Source of the DNA: a virus
Virus record (IMG/VR): IMGVR_UViG_3300020187_000010
DNA: 64,000 nt
Reading direction: 5' to 3' (one strand)
How positions within the stretch are numbered: the first letter of the stretch is position 1; each line of letters opens with the position of its first letter. A program made the position numbers and the translations under genes. Shown in pieces: positions 36,984 through 45,748 of the stretch. The notes under the pieces were generated by a model, which did no database searches, was not told the DNA's origin, and worked only from the letters and a program-made list of their open reading frames with translations.

Positions 36984-37007
36984 AAAAAACCCCCCTTTCG
37001 GGGGGGA
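36984..37007 (-). terminator. rho-independent terminator
   Basis: CCCCCC-GAAA-GGGGGG followed by TTTTTT after the peroxiredoxin gene. Confidence 0.85.
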
Positions 37008-37009
37008 TA

Positions 37010-37540
37010 TTAACTGTTTCGTATTGTATCAAGAACATTCTGTGGGTCAGATACTTCGTATGGGTCGTCCGGACAATTGTCAGACATACCGTCTTCATCG
37101 AACCAACGTTCAATACTCATGTTATCAATGACTAGTGCGTAACGCCAAGAACGTTTGCCGAATCCCAGATTAGACTTATCAACTAAGTAACCCATACCAT
37201 CTGCAAACTGACCGTTACCGTCAGGTAACATCTTCACCTTGATGATACCAAGGTCTTTGGCCCACTTGTTCATCGAGAATGCATCATTCACCGAAGTGCA
37301 CCAGATCTCTTCAATACCTTCTGCAACAAACTCGTCATGGAGTCGTTCGAAGTTAGGTAGTTGTTCATTAGTGCAAGTGGGAGTAAATGCGCCAGGCAGT
37401 CCAAACACAACAACCTTCTTCCCTCCAAGCAATTCACTTGTCATCTTACGAACCCACTTGTAAGGATTATCTCCTCCAATAGATTCATCACGTTCCCGCA
37501 TATGGTGTACAACATCGGGGATATATGTTTTAAACAACAT
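37010..37540 (-). CDS. peroxiredoxin (Prx5-like)
   Basis: LPGAFTPTC, SVNDAF.M..W, LPDGNG.F, RSWRYA. Confidence 0.93.
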   Translation of the reverse strand: MLFKTYIPDVVHHMRERDESIGGDNPYKWVRKMTSELLGGKKVVVFGLPGAFTPTCTNEQLPNFERLHDEFVAEGIEEIWCTSVNDAFSMNKWAKDLGIIKVKMLPDGNGQFADGMGYLVDKSNLGFGKRSWRYALVIDNMSIERWFDEDGMSDNCPDDPYEVSDPQNVLDTIRNS

Positions 37541-37559
37541 TCGTTCTCCTATAATAATA

Positions 37560-37633
37560 TGGAGCGGGTGGAGAGAATCGAACTCCCATCAAAAGGTTGG
37601 AAACCTCCTGTAATACCACTATACTACACCCGC
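37560..37633 (-). tRNA. tRNA-Gly (TCC)
   Basis: GCGGGTG...TT-TCC-AA...GTTCGATTC...CACCCGCTCCA; cloverleaf with encoded CCA. Confidence 0.95.
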
Positions 37634-37639
37634 ATTATT

Positions 37640-37716
37640 TGGCGCGTCTGGCAGGACTCGAACCTGCAATAATCCGCTTAGAAGGCGGATGCCTTATCCA
37701 ATTAGACGACAAACGC
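37640..37716 (-). tRNA. tRNA-Arg (TCT)
   Basis: GCGTTTG...TCCGC-CT-TCT-AA-GCGGA...GGTTCGAGTCC...CAGACGCGCCA. Confidence 0.95.
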
Positions 37717-37724
37717 TTAGTTGG

Positions 37725-37943
37725 TTACTGGTCTTGTAACTGTTCAACTAGTTGGATAGATTCAATTGCTTGATCTCGCAACTGACCAATCGTAGACAAT
37801 TCTTCACCTTTGAAGCCACCACGTTGTACTACAGTATCGATTACTGCGACAGTAGATCGTGAGACTCGATTAGCGAGGTCTAACAGTACTGCGATACGTT
37901 CGTCTTTAACTGGTGGTGTTGGTGCCTTTTCTTTGTTACTCAT
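37725..37943 (-). CDS. conserved hypothetical protein
   Basis: VIDTVVQRGGFKGEELSTIGQLRD motif; follows gene 45. Confidence 0.75.
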   Translation of the reverse strand: MSNKEKAPTPPVKDERIAVLLDLANRVSRSTVAVIDTVVQRGGFKGEELSTIGQLRDQAIESIQLVEQLQDQ

Positions 37944-37946
37944 TTC

Positions 37947-38624
37947 TTATACTCCGTAAGTAGATGATTTTTCAAGTGCAATAAAATATTCAATGGACGA
38001 TTGTTTCGACTTAAAGTTAGAGATCAATTTCTTAGAAATACCAACCTCAAAGTCTTCGGAAACAATCTTCAAGTTGTTCACATTCAGGACAAAGTTGAAA
38101 TCAACTCCTTCTTGGAACTCTCCTTCAACATATGAGAAGAAACTATTAGAAGTTGCGTCATCGTTATCAACCACAGTAAGTTTGATAGACTTACCTTCGG
38201 GGGTGATAGAAATCGAATCGTGTCCTAGGACAGAGGACGCACGCTTCAATCGACTCAATGTATCAGTATCTAGGGTAAACTTAACTTCTGGTTCTGGCAT
38301 GATGACATCTTTACTAGGTGCAGACAACATATCAATGTCAGAATAGAAGTAACGGTTACCACGAAGACCGGTAGAGTCAGAGACTACTACGTGAGTCTTT
38401 TCGAATCTTAGTGCGGGTTTCTCAACTAGACCCAACACACTAAGGAATTCATTAAGGTCGTAGATACCGAAGGTGGATGGGATATCGTCATCTAGGGTAA
38501 CTTTTGCAAGAATATTCTTTGCGACCGAAATAGTTTTTAGTTCATTGCCTTCACGAAACACAATGTTAGAATTGATGTTTGCGAAGTTTTTAAGTACCGA
38601 TAAGGTACGATCAGATAGTTCCAT
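37947..38624 (-). CDS. 45: sliding clamp gp45
   Basis: LS..TL.VLKNFA.IN, FGIYDLNEFL, YFIALE. Confidence 0.96.
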   Translation of the reverse strand: MELSDRTLSVLKNFANINSNIVFREGNELKTISVAKNILAKVTLDDDIPSTFGIYDLNEFLSVLGLVEKPALRFEKTHVVVSDSTGLRGNRYFYSDIDMLSAPSKDVIMPEPEVKFTLDTDTLSRLKRASSVLGHDSISITPEGKSIKLTVVDNDDATSNSFFSYVEGEFQEGVDFNFVLNVNNLKIVSEDFEVGISKKLISNFKSKQSSIEYFIALEKSSTYGV

Positions 38625-38653
38625 GATTTAGTTCTCTCAGTTAATATACAGTC

Positions 38654-38682
38654 ATTATATAACATTGGGCAACGTTTGTCAA
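38654..38682 (-). promoter_or_regulatory. sigma70-type promoter for gene 45
   Basis: TTGACA-17-TATAAT. Confidence 0.8.
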
Positions 38683-38685
38683 CCC

Positions 38686-40407
38686 TTATGCAGCTTTTAA
38701 TTTGGAAAAGTTTTTCTCTTTAACAAATTCCAGTTTACGTTGGAATTGAGCATCCTCAAGTTCCGACTTGTGAGAGATAACAAAAACGTTTGTCTCTTCC
38801 CCTAGACTATACAGGATTTTCATAAGATTGTCAACCCCATCATCGTCTAATGATGAATCAAAAGTCTCGTCCAAAATCAATAGATTGGTTGCGACTGAAT
38901 TCTTCATCTTAGCAATCTGTCTCCACGTAAACAATAGAGACAAATCGATTCGTTGTTTCTCACCTTCCGAGAAAGAATCATAAGAGAAGTTATCACGGAA
39001 ACGTGACCGGATAGTCTCTTGGAAACTCTCGTCCAGATCGAAATGTACAAAGAAGTCCAAGATCTGTAGGTACTGGTTGGTCAGTTGATTGATGACCGGA
39101 ATGTACTGTTTGATGATCTTGGTCTTGATACCAGTGTCACGTAACAACTCTGCATTCACTTGGTTGTACGAGTACTGTTCAGCAAGGATATACTTCTCGT
39201 CCTGAGTTTTGTGCAGTTCGGTGTTCAAAGTCTCTAACTCTTCGTTAGCACTCTTGAGGTCGCCGGTGGTTTCTGATTGTGAATCTATATCAGAACGAAT
39301 ACTATCATTCTGTTTGTATAACCTAGCAATCATCTGGTTATTGTTATTCACATTGTTCTGTAAAGTCTTGGTCTCTTCTAACCGACTATGGAGTTCTACA
39401 AGTTGTTCATCGTAAGTCCCCATCTGTTGAGTTGACTTAGACATTGCAGAGTTCAGTTCCTTTGCACGTGACTTCGCAGATACCTTCTTAGACTCACGTA
39501 GGTCTTCGGCAATACCTTGGTCACAGGTAGGACAGTGTTCGTTCTCGTCAAAGAACTTCGCTTCCTTAACCACAGTCTTAATCTGTGATTTGAAGGTCGA
39601 TTGGTACTCGATCAGTTTGTTACGATTTGAGTTTATACCTTCGATTTTCTTCGACACGTCTTCTAGTTGTGTCGTCACAATCTCCATGTGTTCAGTATTG
39701 TACCCCTGAAGAAACTCAATCTCAGTCTGGTTAGCCTCAATCTCCGACTCTTTCTCTTTACGATGTGCAGTATTGATTGCAGACAAATCACGTAGATACT
39801 TCTTCTGTGAGTTTATCTTGGTCTTACACATCTCTATGTTGTAACCATTCGTGGTTATCTGATCTCTCAACACAGACATCTTTTCTTTCAGAATACTATT
39901 CATCTTAGAGAAGATATTGATGTCGAGAAGATCCTCGATTACCTCACGTCTCGCACCACCAGTCAACTGCATAAACGGAACAAAGGAACTTGATCCGAGA
40001 ACAACAATCTGGTGAAAAGATTTGTGGGTAAGTTTTAGTATATTCTTCTCAAGCATAGACTGATATTCTTTTGCATGAGAGTCTTGGTTGATCATATTAC
40101 CACCAACCCAGATTTCGAATATGTTAGGTTTTATCCCACGAACAATCTTATATTCCTGTGAACCCATAGAGAACTCAACTTCAACAACTGTTCCTTTACC
40201 ATTAATGGTATTGACCAGTTGTCCTTTAGAGATCTTGCGGTGGGGTTTGCCAAACAAACCAAAGGATAATGCGTCCAACATAGTAGACTTACCCGCACCA
40301 TTGTGACCCACGACCAATGTCGTAGAGGATGCTGCAAAGTCTATCTCTGTAAAGGCATTACCAGATGACAGGAAGTTTTTATATCGTAGTTTACTAAATT
40401 TTATCAT
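38686..40407 (-). CDS. 46: recombination endonuclease ATPase subunit gp46 (Rad50-like)
   Basis: GHNGAGKST, CPTC hook, FSEGEKQRID, LILDE. Confidence 0.96.
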   Translation of the reverse strand: MIKFSKLRYKNFLSSGNAFTEIDFAASSTTLVVGHNGAGKSTMLDALSFGLFGKPHRKISKGQLVNTINGKGTVVEVEFSMGSQEYKIVRGIKPNIFEIWVGGNMINQDSHAKEYQSMLEKNILKLTHKSFHQIVVLGSSSFVPFMQLTGGARREVIEDLLDINIFSKMNSILKEKMSVLRDQITTNGYNIEMCKTKINSQKKYLRDLSAINTAHRKEKESEIEANQTEIEFLQGYNTEHMEIVTTQLEDVSKKIEGINSNRNKLIEYQSTFKSQIKTVVKEAKFFDENEHCPTCDQGIAEDLRESKKVSAKSRAKELNSAMSKSTQQMGTYDEQLVELHSRLEETKTLQNNVNNNNQMIARLYKQNDSIRSDIDSQSETTGDLKSANEELETLNTELHKTQDEKYILAEQYSYNQVNAELLRDTGIKTKIIKQYIPVINQLTNQYLQILDFFVHFDLDESFQETIRSRFRDNFSYDSFSEGEKQRIDLSLLFTWRQIAKMKNSVATNLLILDETFDSSLDDDGVDNLMKILYSLGEETNVFVISHKSELEDAQFQRKLEFVKEKNFSKLKAA

Positions 40408-40413
40408 ACAGGT

Positions 40414-40442
40414 ATTATACCATTAATAGTCAGTCTTGTCAA
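40414..40442 (-). promoter_or_regulatory. sigma70-type promoter for gene 46
   Basis: TTGACA-17-TATAAT overlapping the 3' end of the Mom-like gene. Confidence 0.75.
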
Positions 40443-40950
40443 ACTTTATTTTATCCCACACGCATTTAATAGAAGGGTCATATGACTTAGTGAATACATG
40501 AAACTCCACGTCCTCATAACCCCGAATGGCTCTGTCCCCGCCCTTCTGAAGTCCATAGTAGTCGAACCCAGTTGCCGCATAGATAGTACCATTGTGCATC
40601 CTACGGTCTGCCATTGTCAACACATACCTAGGTTTCAACATCTTCAATGCTCGCGATAGAAACCACGAGGTAATGTTATATTCGTTTTGGTGTTTGGCGG
40701 ATACGACCAGTCTGGCCATGTCCCAGAGTCCGGTCGTGGGGGAGTCCACTCCAAAGTAGATTGGAACGAAAGACGGATGACAATGACCGTCACTGAACTG
40801 AACCACCCCCACGACATCCTCACCGTGGATCAAACCATAAAACTTATTGGTCGGTGCATCCATGTATGGGGTACCAAGATAGTGGTACCTCTTAATACAA
40901 TCTGATCCTTGACTCATGGTTATCTCTCGAACACCATATTCACTCTTCAA
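40423..40950 (-). CDS. Mom-like GNAT-fold DNA modification protein
   Basis: I..YHYL, GV..F, RL, SWFLSRALK.L, AD....H.GTIY.ATGF.Y.G. Confidence 0.7.
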   Translation of the reverse strand: MKSEYGVREITMSQGSDCIKRYHYLGTPYMDAPTNKFYGLIHGEDVVGVVQFSDGHCHPSFVPIYFGVDSPTTGLWDMARLVVSAKHQNEYNITSWFLSRALKMLKPRYVLTMADRRMHNGTIYAATGFDYYGLQKGGDRAIRGYEDVEFHVFTKSYDPSIKCVWDKIKFDKTDY

Positions 40951-40951
40951 A

Positions 40952-42016
40952 TTAAATTACTTCCATACTTTGGGCTTCTTTCATAAGGTATGAAATCTCT
41001 GTTTTGATCCTGTCCTTATTCAGATCAGTATTAACATTGTCAATATAATCGTTGACTAAGGTATGAGTATCGTCAACAGATATGTTTTCGTCACCCACAT
41101 TCTCACCAAGGAAATCTTTGAAGTCTTCTGCAATCTTCAGTTCATGAATCTTCTGTTGTTGTACACGATCCACAAAACGTTCGAACTGTAGAGCATCACC
41201 CTTATTGTTCACTATGATCTTGACAAACTTATTATCTAAGTAAGACATATCCTTGAACTTCCACTCACCCATCTCTTCGTGGTCATAGTAAATCTTTTCG
41301 TAGATGGTGATTGGGTTACGGATCGCTTCCACTTCTCTTGTTTTGGTATCAAGGACATGGAAGTGTTTAGGGTCACCGCAATCATTCCAGAAGAATTCCA
41401 TCTGTGCACCAAGGTAGTGGATATTACCCTGTGATGATTTGGCATGGAAGTGTCCGGTCAGTACAGTTTCGAACCGATCAAACGCAGACTTATCCATACC
41501 ATCCTTACAGACTTGACCACGAGCCATCTCGAATCCTGCAAGTTCAAGGTGTGCACCCACAACTTCTGCTTTAGTGTTCTTCAGAAACTCAAGTGTTTCT
41601 TTCTCGTTCTCGGGATTGATCCAAGGAACCATTGCAACCTTCAGTCCACCATACTCCATAGTAGTCGGTTCCATGATAAGGTTAACCTCATTCATGTAGT
41701 GACCTTGGAGTTCCTTCAGTGCGTTTAGTTCATTGGTGTTCTTGTAGTACACGTCATGATTGCCCGGAATGATATCCATAGTGATACCATACTCTCGTAA
41801 CTTCTCTAGGAAGATCTTACGATTATGCGCAAGTGCTTTGAAGTTAATAGTCTTACGATTGTCGTAGTAATCTCCGAGATGGAGAATCTGTGTAATATTA
41901 TTCTCTAACAGATACGGGAAGAACACTTCGGAATAGAAACGTTCTTGGTAACCCATAAAGATATCAGAAGAATTACGACACCCTGCATGAGTGTCGTTTA
42001 GGATTGCCAGCTTCAT
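40952..42016 (-). CDS. 47: recombination endonuclease nuclease subunit gp47 (Mre11-like)
   Basis: DTH.G, GD..D.R, GNHD, GHFH. Confidence 0.96.
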   Translation of the reverse strand: MKLAILNDTHAGCRNSSDIFMGYQERFYSEVFFPYLLENNITQILHLGDYYDNRKTINFKALAHNRKIFLEKLREYGITMDIIPGNHDVYYKNTNELNALKELQGHYMNEVNLIMEPTTMEYGGLKVAMVPWINPENEKETLEFLKNTKAEVVGAHLELAGFEMARGQVCKDGMDKSAFDRFETVLTGHFHAKSSQGNIHYLGAQMEFFWNDCGDPKHFHVLDTKTREVEAIRNPITIYEKIYYDHEEMGEWKFKDMSYLDNKFVKIIVNNKGDALQFERFVDRVQQQKIHELKIAEDFKDFLGENVGDENISVDDTHTLVNDYIDNVNTDLNKDRIKTEISYLMKEAQSMEVI

Positions 42017-42046
42017 ATAATACTCATTTTATTAATAGATGTTACT

Positions 42047-42075
42047 ATTATACATGATAAAAATCAGTCTGTCAA
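42047..42075 (-). promoter_or_regulatory. sigma70-type promoter for gene 47
   Basis: TTGACA-17-TATAAT. Confidence 0.8.
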
Positions 42076-42656
42076 GTAAGAAAATCACTAAGATCAGAAT
42101 CGACATTAACTGCACGTCTCTTCCGCTGTTTCTTTTCTTCTTTAACATACTCTTTGAACTGTTTATCCGCATCTTTAACAGTATCAATTCGATGCCGTAA
42201 TCCTTCCACGACATGTTGTCCATAGGATTCGCCGTCACCAGATTCATCAACAAACATACTCACGTCCGCTTCTGCGATATACTTCATCTTGATGTCTTGT
42301 TGTTTCTTCTCTTTCTGGATTCTTCGGAGGAATGCGTACCAAGAGATCTGTGTAAAGTATGCGAAAGCATTGGGTGCGTTGGTGCGAGTAACTTTAGTGA
42401 TGTCATAGTTCTCGATAGCCTTGAGACAGTTTTCTACTGCATCCATGACCATCTCTTCACGGTAAGTGTAACGAACAAAGTTGGACTTGTGTGAAAGTCC
42501 TTCTGCAATCTTCAGAAAACACAATGCGATATAATCGTTAATCATCGGACGTTCATTACCGTTTAAGGTGGCGTTCTGCACACTTTCACAGTAATCTACT
42601 ACCGCTAAGGAGAACTCTTTGTTGTTTACGTAGTGCGGTCTATCTTTAGGTTTCAT
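42072..42656 (-). CDS. 55: late transcription sigma factor gp55
   Basis: HYVNNKEF, KIAEGLSHK.NF..YTYREEMV.D..ENC, NAFAYFTQI. Confidence 0.96.
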   Translation of the reverse strand: MKPKDRPHYVNNKEFSLAVVDYCESVQNATLNGNERPMINDYIALCFLKIAEGLSHKSNFVRYTYREEMVMDAVENCLKAIENYDITKVTRTNAPNAFAYFTQISWYAFLRRIQKEKKQQDIKMKYIAEADVSMFVDESGDGESYGQHVVEGLRHRIDTVKDADKQFKEYVKEEKKQRKRRAVNVDSDLSDFLT

Positions 42657-42683
42657 TTGGTACTCTCACTTTATATTTACCCT

Positions 42684-42712
42684 ATTATACTATCTTAGGG
42701 TATGAATGTCAA
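42684..42712 (-). promoter_or_regulatory. sigma70-type promoter for gene 55
   Basis: TTGACA-17-TATAAT. Confidence 0.8.
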
Positions 42713-42715
42713 GGG

Positions 42716-43204
42716 TTAACTGTTCTGTAGTTGTAACCAATCTTCTGCTTTCTTTCTTACCGCTTCTTCTTGGGTAACTTTCATACCCATCAGGGGGTCT
42801 TTCATGGATACTCGTTTGCGGAGGTCACTGGTCGAAAATCTGTGGTCTCTCTTATTAAAGTATATCTCTATACCACGGGCTGCACAAGTTGCACGTCCGG
42901 TGAAGGTCGTGTCTTTATATTCACTACCAATGATTCTCACATCGATATCAACCATCTTTAGAATGTCCTCCAAGTCCTTTTCGGTCTGGTACGGGATTAT
43001 CTCATCCACATACTTAACCGCAGATAGTTGGGTGTATCTTTCGACCAACGTCTGGACAGGAGAGTTTTTTTCTGAACGATCAGTAGAAGGGTCTATCTGA
43101 AGTGCGCATATAAGGTAGTCACACTGTGTCTTCGATTCACGTAACATTGATATATGACCTGCATGTAACAAATCAAATGTAGAGGCGGTTAAACCAACTT
43201 TCAT
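42716..43204 (-). CDS. TagD-like (glycerol-3-phosphate) cytidylyltransferase
   Basis: TFDLLHAGH, KYVDEIIPY, R.H.FSTS.LR. Confidence 0.88.
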   Translation of the reverse strand: MKVGLTASTFDLLHAGHISMLRESKTQCDYLICALQIDPSTDRSEKNSPVQTLVERYTQLSAVKYVDEIIPYQTEKDLEDILKMVDIDVRIIGSEYKDTTFTGRATCAARGIEIYFNKRDHRFSTSDLRKRVSMKDPLMGMKVTQEEAVRKKAEDWLQLQNS

Positions 43205-43234
43205 AAAATAATCCTAATATAATTAAAATATAAC

Positions 43235-43263
43235 TTGACATAATCTTTTTTATGTGATAAAAT
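43235..43263 (+). promoter_or_regulatory. plus-strand (antisense-oriented) sigma70-type promoter
   Basis: TTGACA-17-TAAAAT with a TGn extension; no plus-strand gene downstream. Confidence 0.55.
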
Positions 43264-43297
43264 AAGCATGTTGTCTGCCCCCCAGTCAATGTAACGT

Positions 43298-43687
43298 TTA
43301 GTGAATGGTTGTAGGGAACTTTAAAATGTTATTAGGTGAGTCACTATCCATCGAAACAAACTCATCGTCATACTCTGGTTCAGTACCTTCATAATCCATT
43401 ATAGAATCAACTGCTTGAACATACTGTTTCAAAATTTCGTCAACTGGATTAGCGATACTGACAATCTTATCCAACTTCAAAAGAATGAATCTATCCGGAT
43501 CATCCTGATAACACATGAACAAACGGAACGACCACATTCTCTGGCCATCTTCGGCTTGCGCAAACTGGATGGTAAGAGGATTTCTAATAATAAGATCATA
43601 ATCATCTTCCTCAAGGATCTCACACATGATCTCTTCACCAGTGGATAACTTGAGTTGTTTCACTTGTTTTAAATCATATATCATCAT
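43298..43687 (-). CDS. conserved T4-like protein downstream of uvsW (possibly Sm-like fold)
   Basis: KLSTGEEI.C...IRNPL pattern, acidic tail ending NILKFP. Confidence 0.7.
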   Translation of the reverse strand: MMIYDLKQVKQLKLSTGEEIMCEILEEDDYDLIIRNPLTIQFAQAEDGQRMWSFRLFMCYQDDPDRFILLKLDKIVSIANPVDEILKQYVQAVDSIMDYEGTEPEYDDEFVSMDSDSPNNILKFPTTIH

Positions 43688-45185
43688 CGTTTCCTTTTAG
43701 GTCTATCTTATATATCTTATACTTAAAACCCTCTTTCGTGTACATCTTAACACGTTCACCCGAATGGTTTAAAGTAAAGTTACGGTGTCCTTTTACAGAG
43801 AAGTCGTCAGCAATATCGAATAACTTTGTCACTGCTTCGTTGTCGGATTGTCTGAGTCCTCGTCCGATTGACTGAAGTACTTTGACTTGAGACTTTGATG
43901 GAGTCCCAAACACAATATTGTGAAGATTCCTAATGTTGATACCAGTACTAAAAGTCCCCAGACTAGCGACAATAATTGCATCATTTTCTTTCTCCACTAT
44001 TCCCCTAATTTTCTCTCGGTCAGTTGCATCAACTTCTCCCGATACATAGAATACTTTTCGGTCGGTATCTGATACCGAATCCTTTATCATCTCATACAGA
44101 ACTTTACCGTGTTTCTCAACGAACTGAAACATGACCAGACTATTACCTTCCAAGTCCTTTGTAAGTTTAGTAATGAACTTATTCCTGCGTTCATTTGTAA
44201 CTATGTAGTCAATCTCTTCCTGATAGGTTTTGTCCTTCATCCGTTGACAGATATCATTGTGATACCTCAGAAGAAGAATAGAGATCTCTAGGTCTGCAAG
44301 TGTCTTCTCTTCCTGCAACTTTGCAGTAGTAGTTACCTTATATACAGGGCCAAACAAACCCTCAAGTACAAGTTTGTTCGTCTCGGTACCATCCAGTGTA
44401 CCCGTAGTACCAAACCTATACTTCGCATTAACACATTTGTCCATCATGGTAGACAGAGACTTTGCCTTGAATAAGTGAACTTCGTCACCAAACACTGCAT
44501 CGAATTGTTCGAACCACTCCGGGCCAAACTTATAGATTGACTGCCAAGTAGAGATGATGACATCTTTATCAGTAACCTTCTCCTTACCGGAGTAGATCTT
44601 GTGACATTCGTTCTCTACGTCATAACCATAGTCAGCGAAGTCTTTATACATCTGTTCAACTAGACTTGTTGTAGGAACAATAACTAAAGTTTTACCTACA
44701 CCTTCTTTATCCTTGACAAACCGTAATAAATTGTATATAATAAAACTCTTGCCGCTGCCGGTTGGAGATAGTAACAAACACCGCTTGTTTTCAATACCAT
44801 GAGATATCGCTTCATACTGATAATCTCTTGTATCGAACGGACTACCGAGGTTTCCTAGATACTTTACCAACTCAGGATGATTAACCTTCGTAGTTGCACT
44901 AGGTACACCATACTCTTCATGTTCTAATATCTGTAGGGGATAGAATCTATCACCACAGAATTTACGCAAGTGATGATAAAGACCCACGTTCAAAGTCTTG
45001 GTCACGGTGTTGTAAAGTTTTACGCGGCCGTCCCAAACCTTACGTTTGTATGCCGGCATGTACTTATATCCAGGCACAAAAAATGCAAAGAACTCACGGA
45101 GTTCCATCTCTTGGGATGCGTTACTCTCTATCGCCAGATACGAGTGGTTTAACATCCTTATTCGTATCGTGTTGTCTTTGTTCAT
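43674..45185 (-). CDS. uvsW: SF2 helicase UvsW
   Basis: SPTGSGKS, VPTTSLVEQM, DEVH, QSIGRGLR. Confidence 0.95.
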   Translation of the reverse strand: MNKDNTIRIRMLNHSYLAIESNASQEMELREFFAFFVPGYKYMPAYKRKVWDGRVKLYNTVTKTLNVGLYHHLRKFCGDRFYPLQILEHEEYGVPSATTKVNHPELVKYLGNLGSPFDTRDYQYEAISHGIENKRCLLLSPTGSGKSFIIYNLLRFVKDKEGVGKTLVIVPTTSLVEQMYKDFADYGYDVENECHKIYSGKEKVTDKDVIISTWQSIYKFGPEWFEQFDAVFGDEVHLFKAKSLSTMMDKCVNAKYRFGTTGTLDGTETNKLVLEGLFGPVYKVTTTAKLQEEKTLADLEISILLLRYHNDICQRMKDKTYQEEIDYIVTNERRNKFITKLTKDLEGNSLVMFQFVEKHGKVLYEMIKDSVSDTDRKVFYVSGEVDATDREKIRGIVEKENDAIIVASLGTFSTGINIRNLHNIVFGTPSKSQVKVLQSIGRGLRQSDNEAVTKLFDIADDFSVKGHRNFTLNHSGERVKMYTKEGFKYKIYKIDLKGNDDDI

Positions 45186-45285
45186 ATAGTCTCTTTGCCA
45201 AGTCGATCATATTAAATTGTACACACATACCATGTTCGTGTAACCAATTCGCTTTGTCTAAGTCTTCGTCATCGTACTGTCGCAT
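45121..45285 (-). CDS. small hypothetical protein between uvsY and uvsW
   Basis: MRQYDDEDLDKANWL... starts just after the uvsY stop; its 3' end overlaps uvsW. Confidence 0.45.
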   Translation of the reverse strand: MRQYDDEDLDKANWLHEHGMCVQFNMIDLAKRLYEQRQHDTNKDVKPLVSGDRE

Positions 45286-45286
45286 C

Positions 45287-45733
45287 TTATGCACCCGCTT
45301 CAAACGCTCTATACCGAATCATATTTCCAATCGTTTGGTGTCTCCAGTTGAGACTTTGTACGATTTCTTTCAATGTATCTATAATTGTATTATAGTACTG
45401 TAACTTCTCTTCGGATTTCTGAATCTCAGGATCTGCATCATAATACAAATCCATGTCACCCTTGAGTACTTTGAGTCCATCGAATGGATCTAAATCCCAT
45501 CCAGTAGCAAGTAACTCTTTTTGATCCATCTTACCATTATAGTACTTCCATTTTTGTAACAAGAGAGTCTTCTGAGAGTTCTCTGCACGTTTGAGTTGTA
45601 ACTTTGTGAGAGATAGGTACTGTAAATATTTTGCATGTAGACTAGGTGTGTGTCGAGACGCCTCGTCCAGTTGGTGTTGTGGAATTTGGGAATCCTCTTT
45701 CCACTCTGATAATATACTTTCAAGGTCTAACAT
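45287..45733 (-). CDS. uvsY: recombination mediator UvsY
   Basis: W..DS.I....LD......P.LH.KY, YY.GK, Y..AD, R...I.N.I....FEAG. Confidence 0.9.
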   Translation of the reverse strand: MLDLESILSEWKEDSQIPQHQLDEASRHTPSLHAKYLQYLSLTKLQLKRAENSQKTLLLQKWKYYNGKMDQKELLATGWDLDPFDGLKVLKGDMDLYYDADPEIQKSEEKLQYYNTIIDTLKEIVQSLNWRHQTIGNMIRYRAFEAGA

Positions 45734-45748
45734 AATAATCTCCAATAA

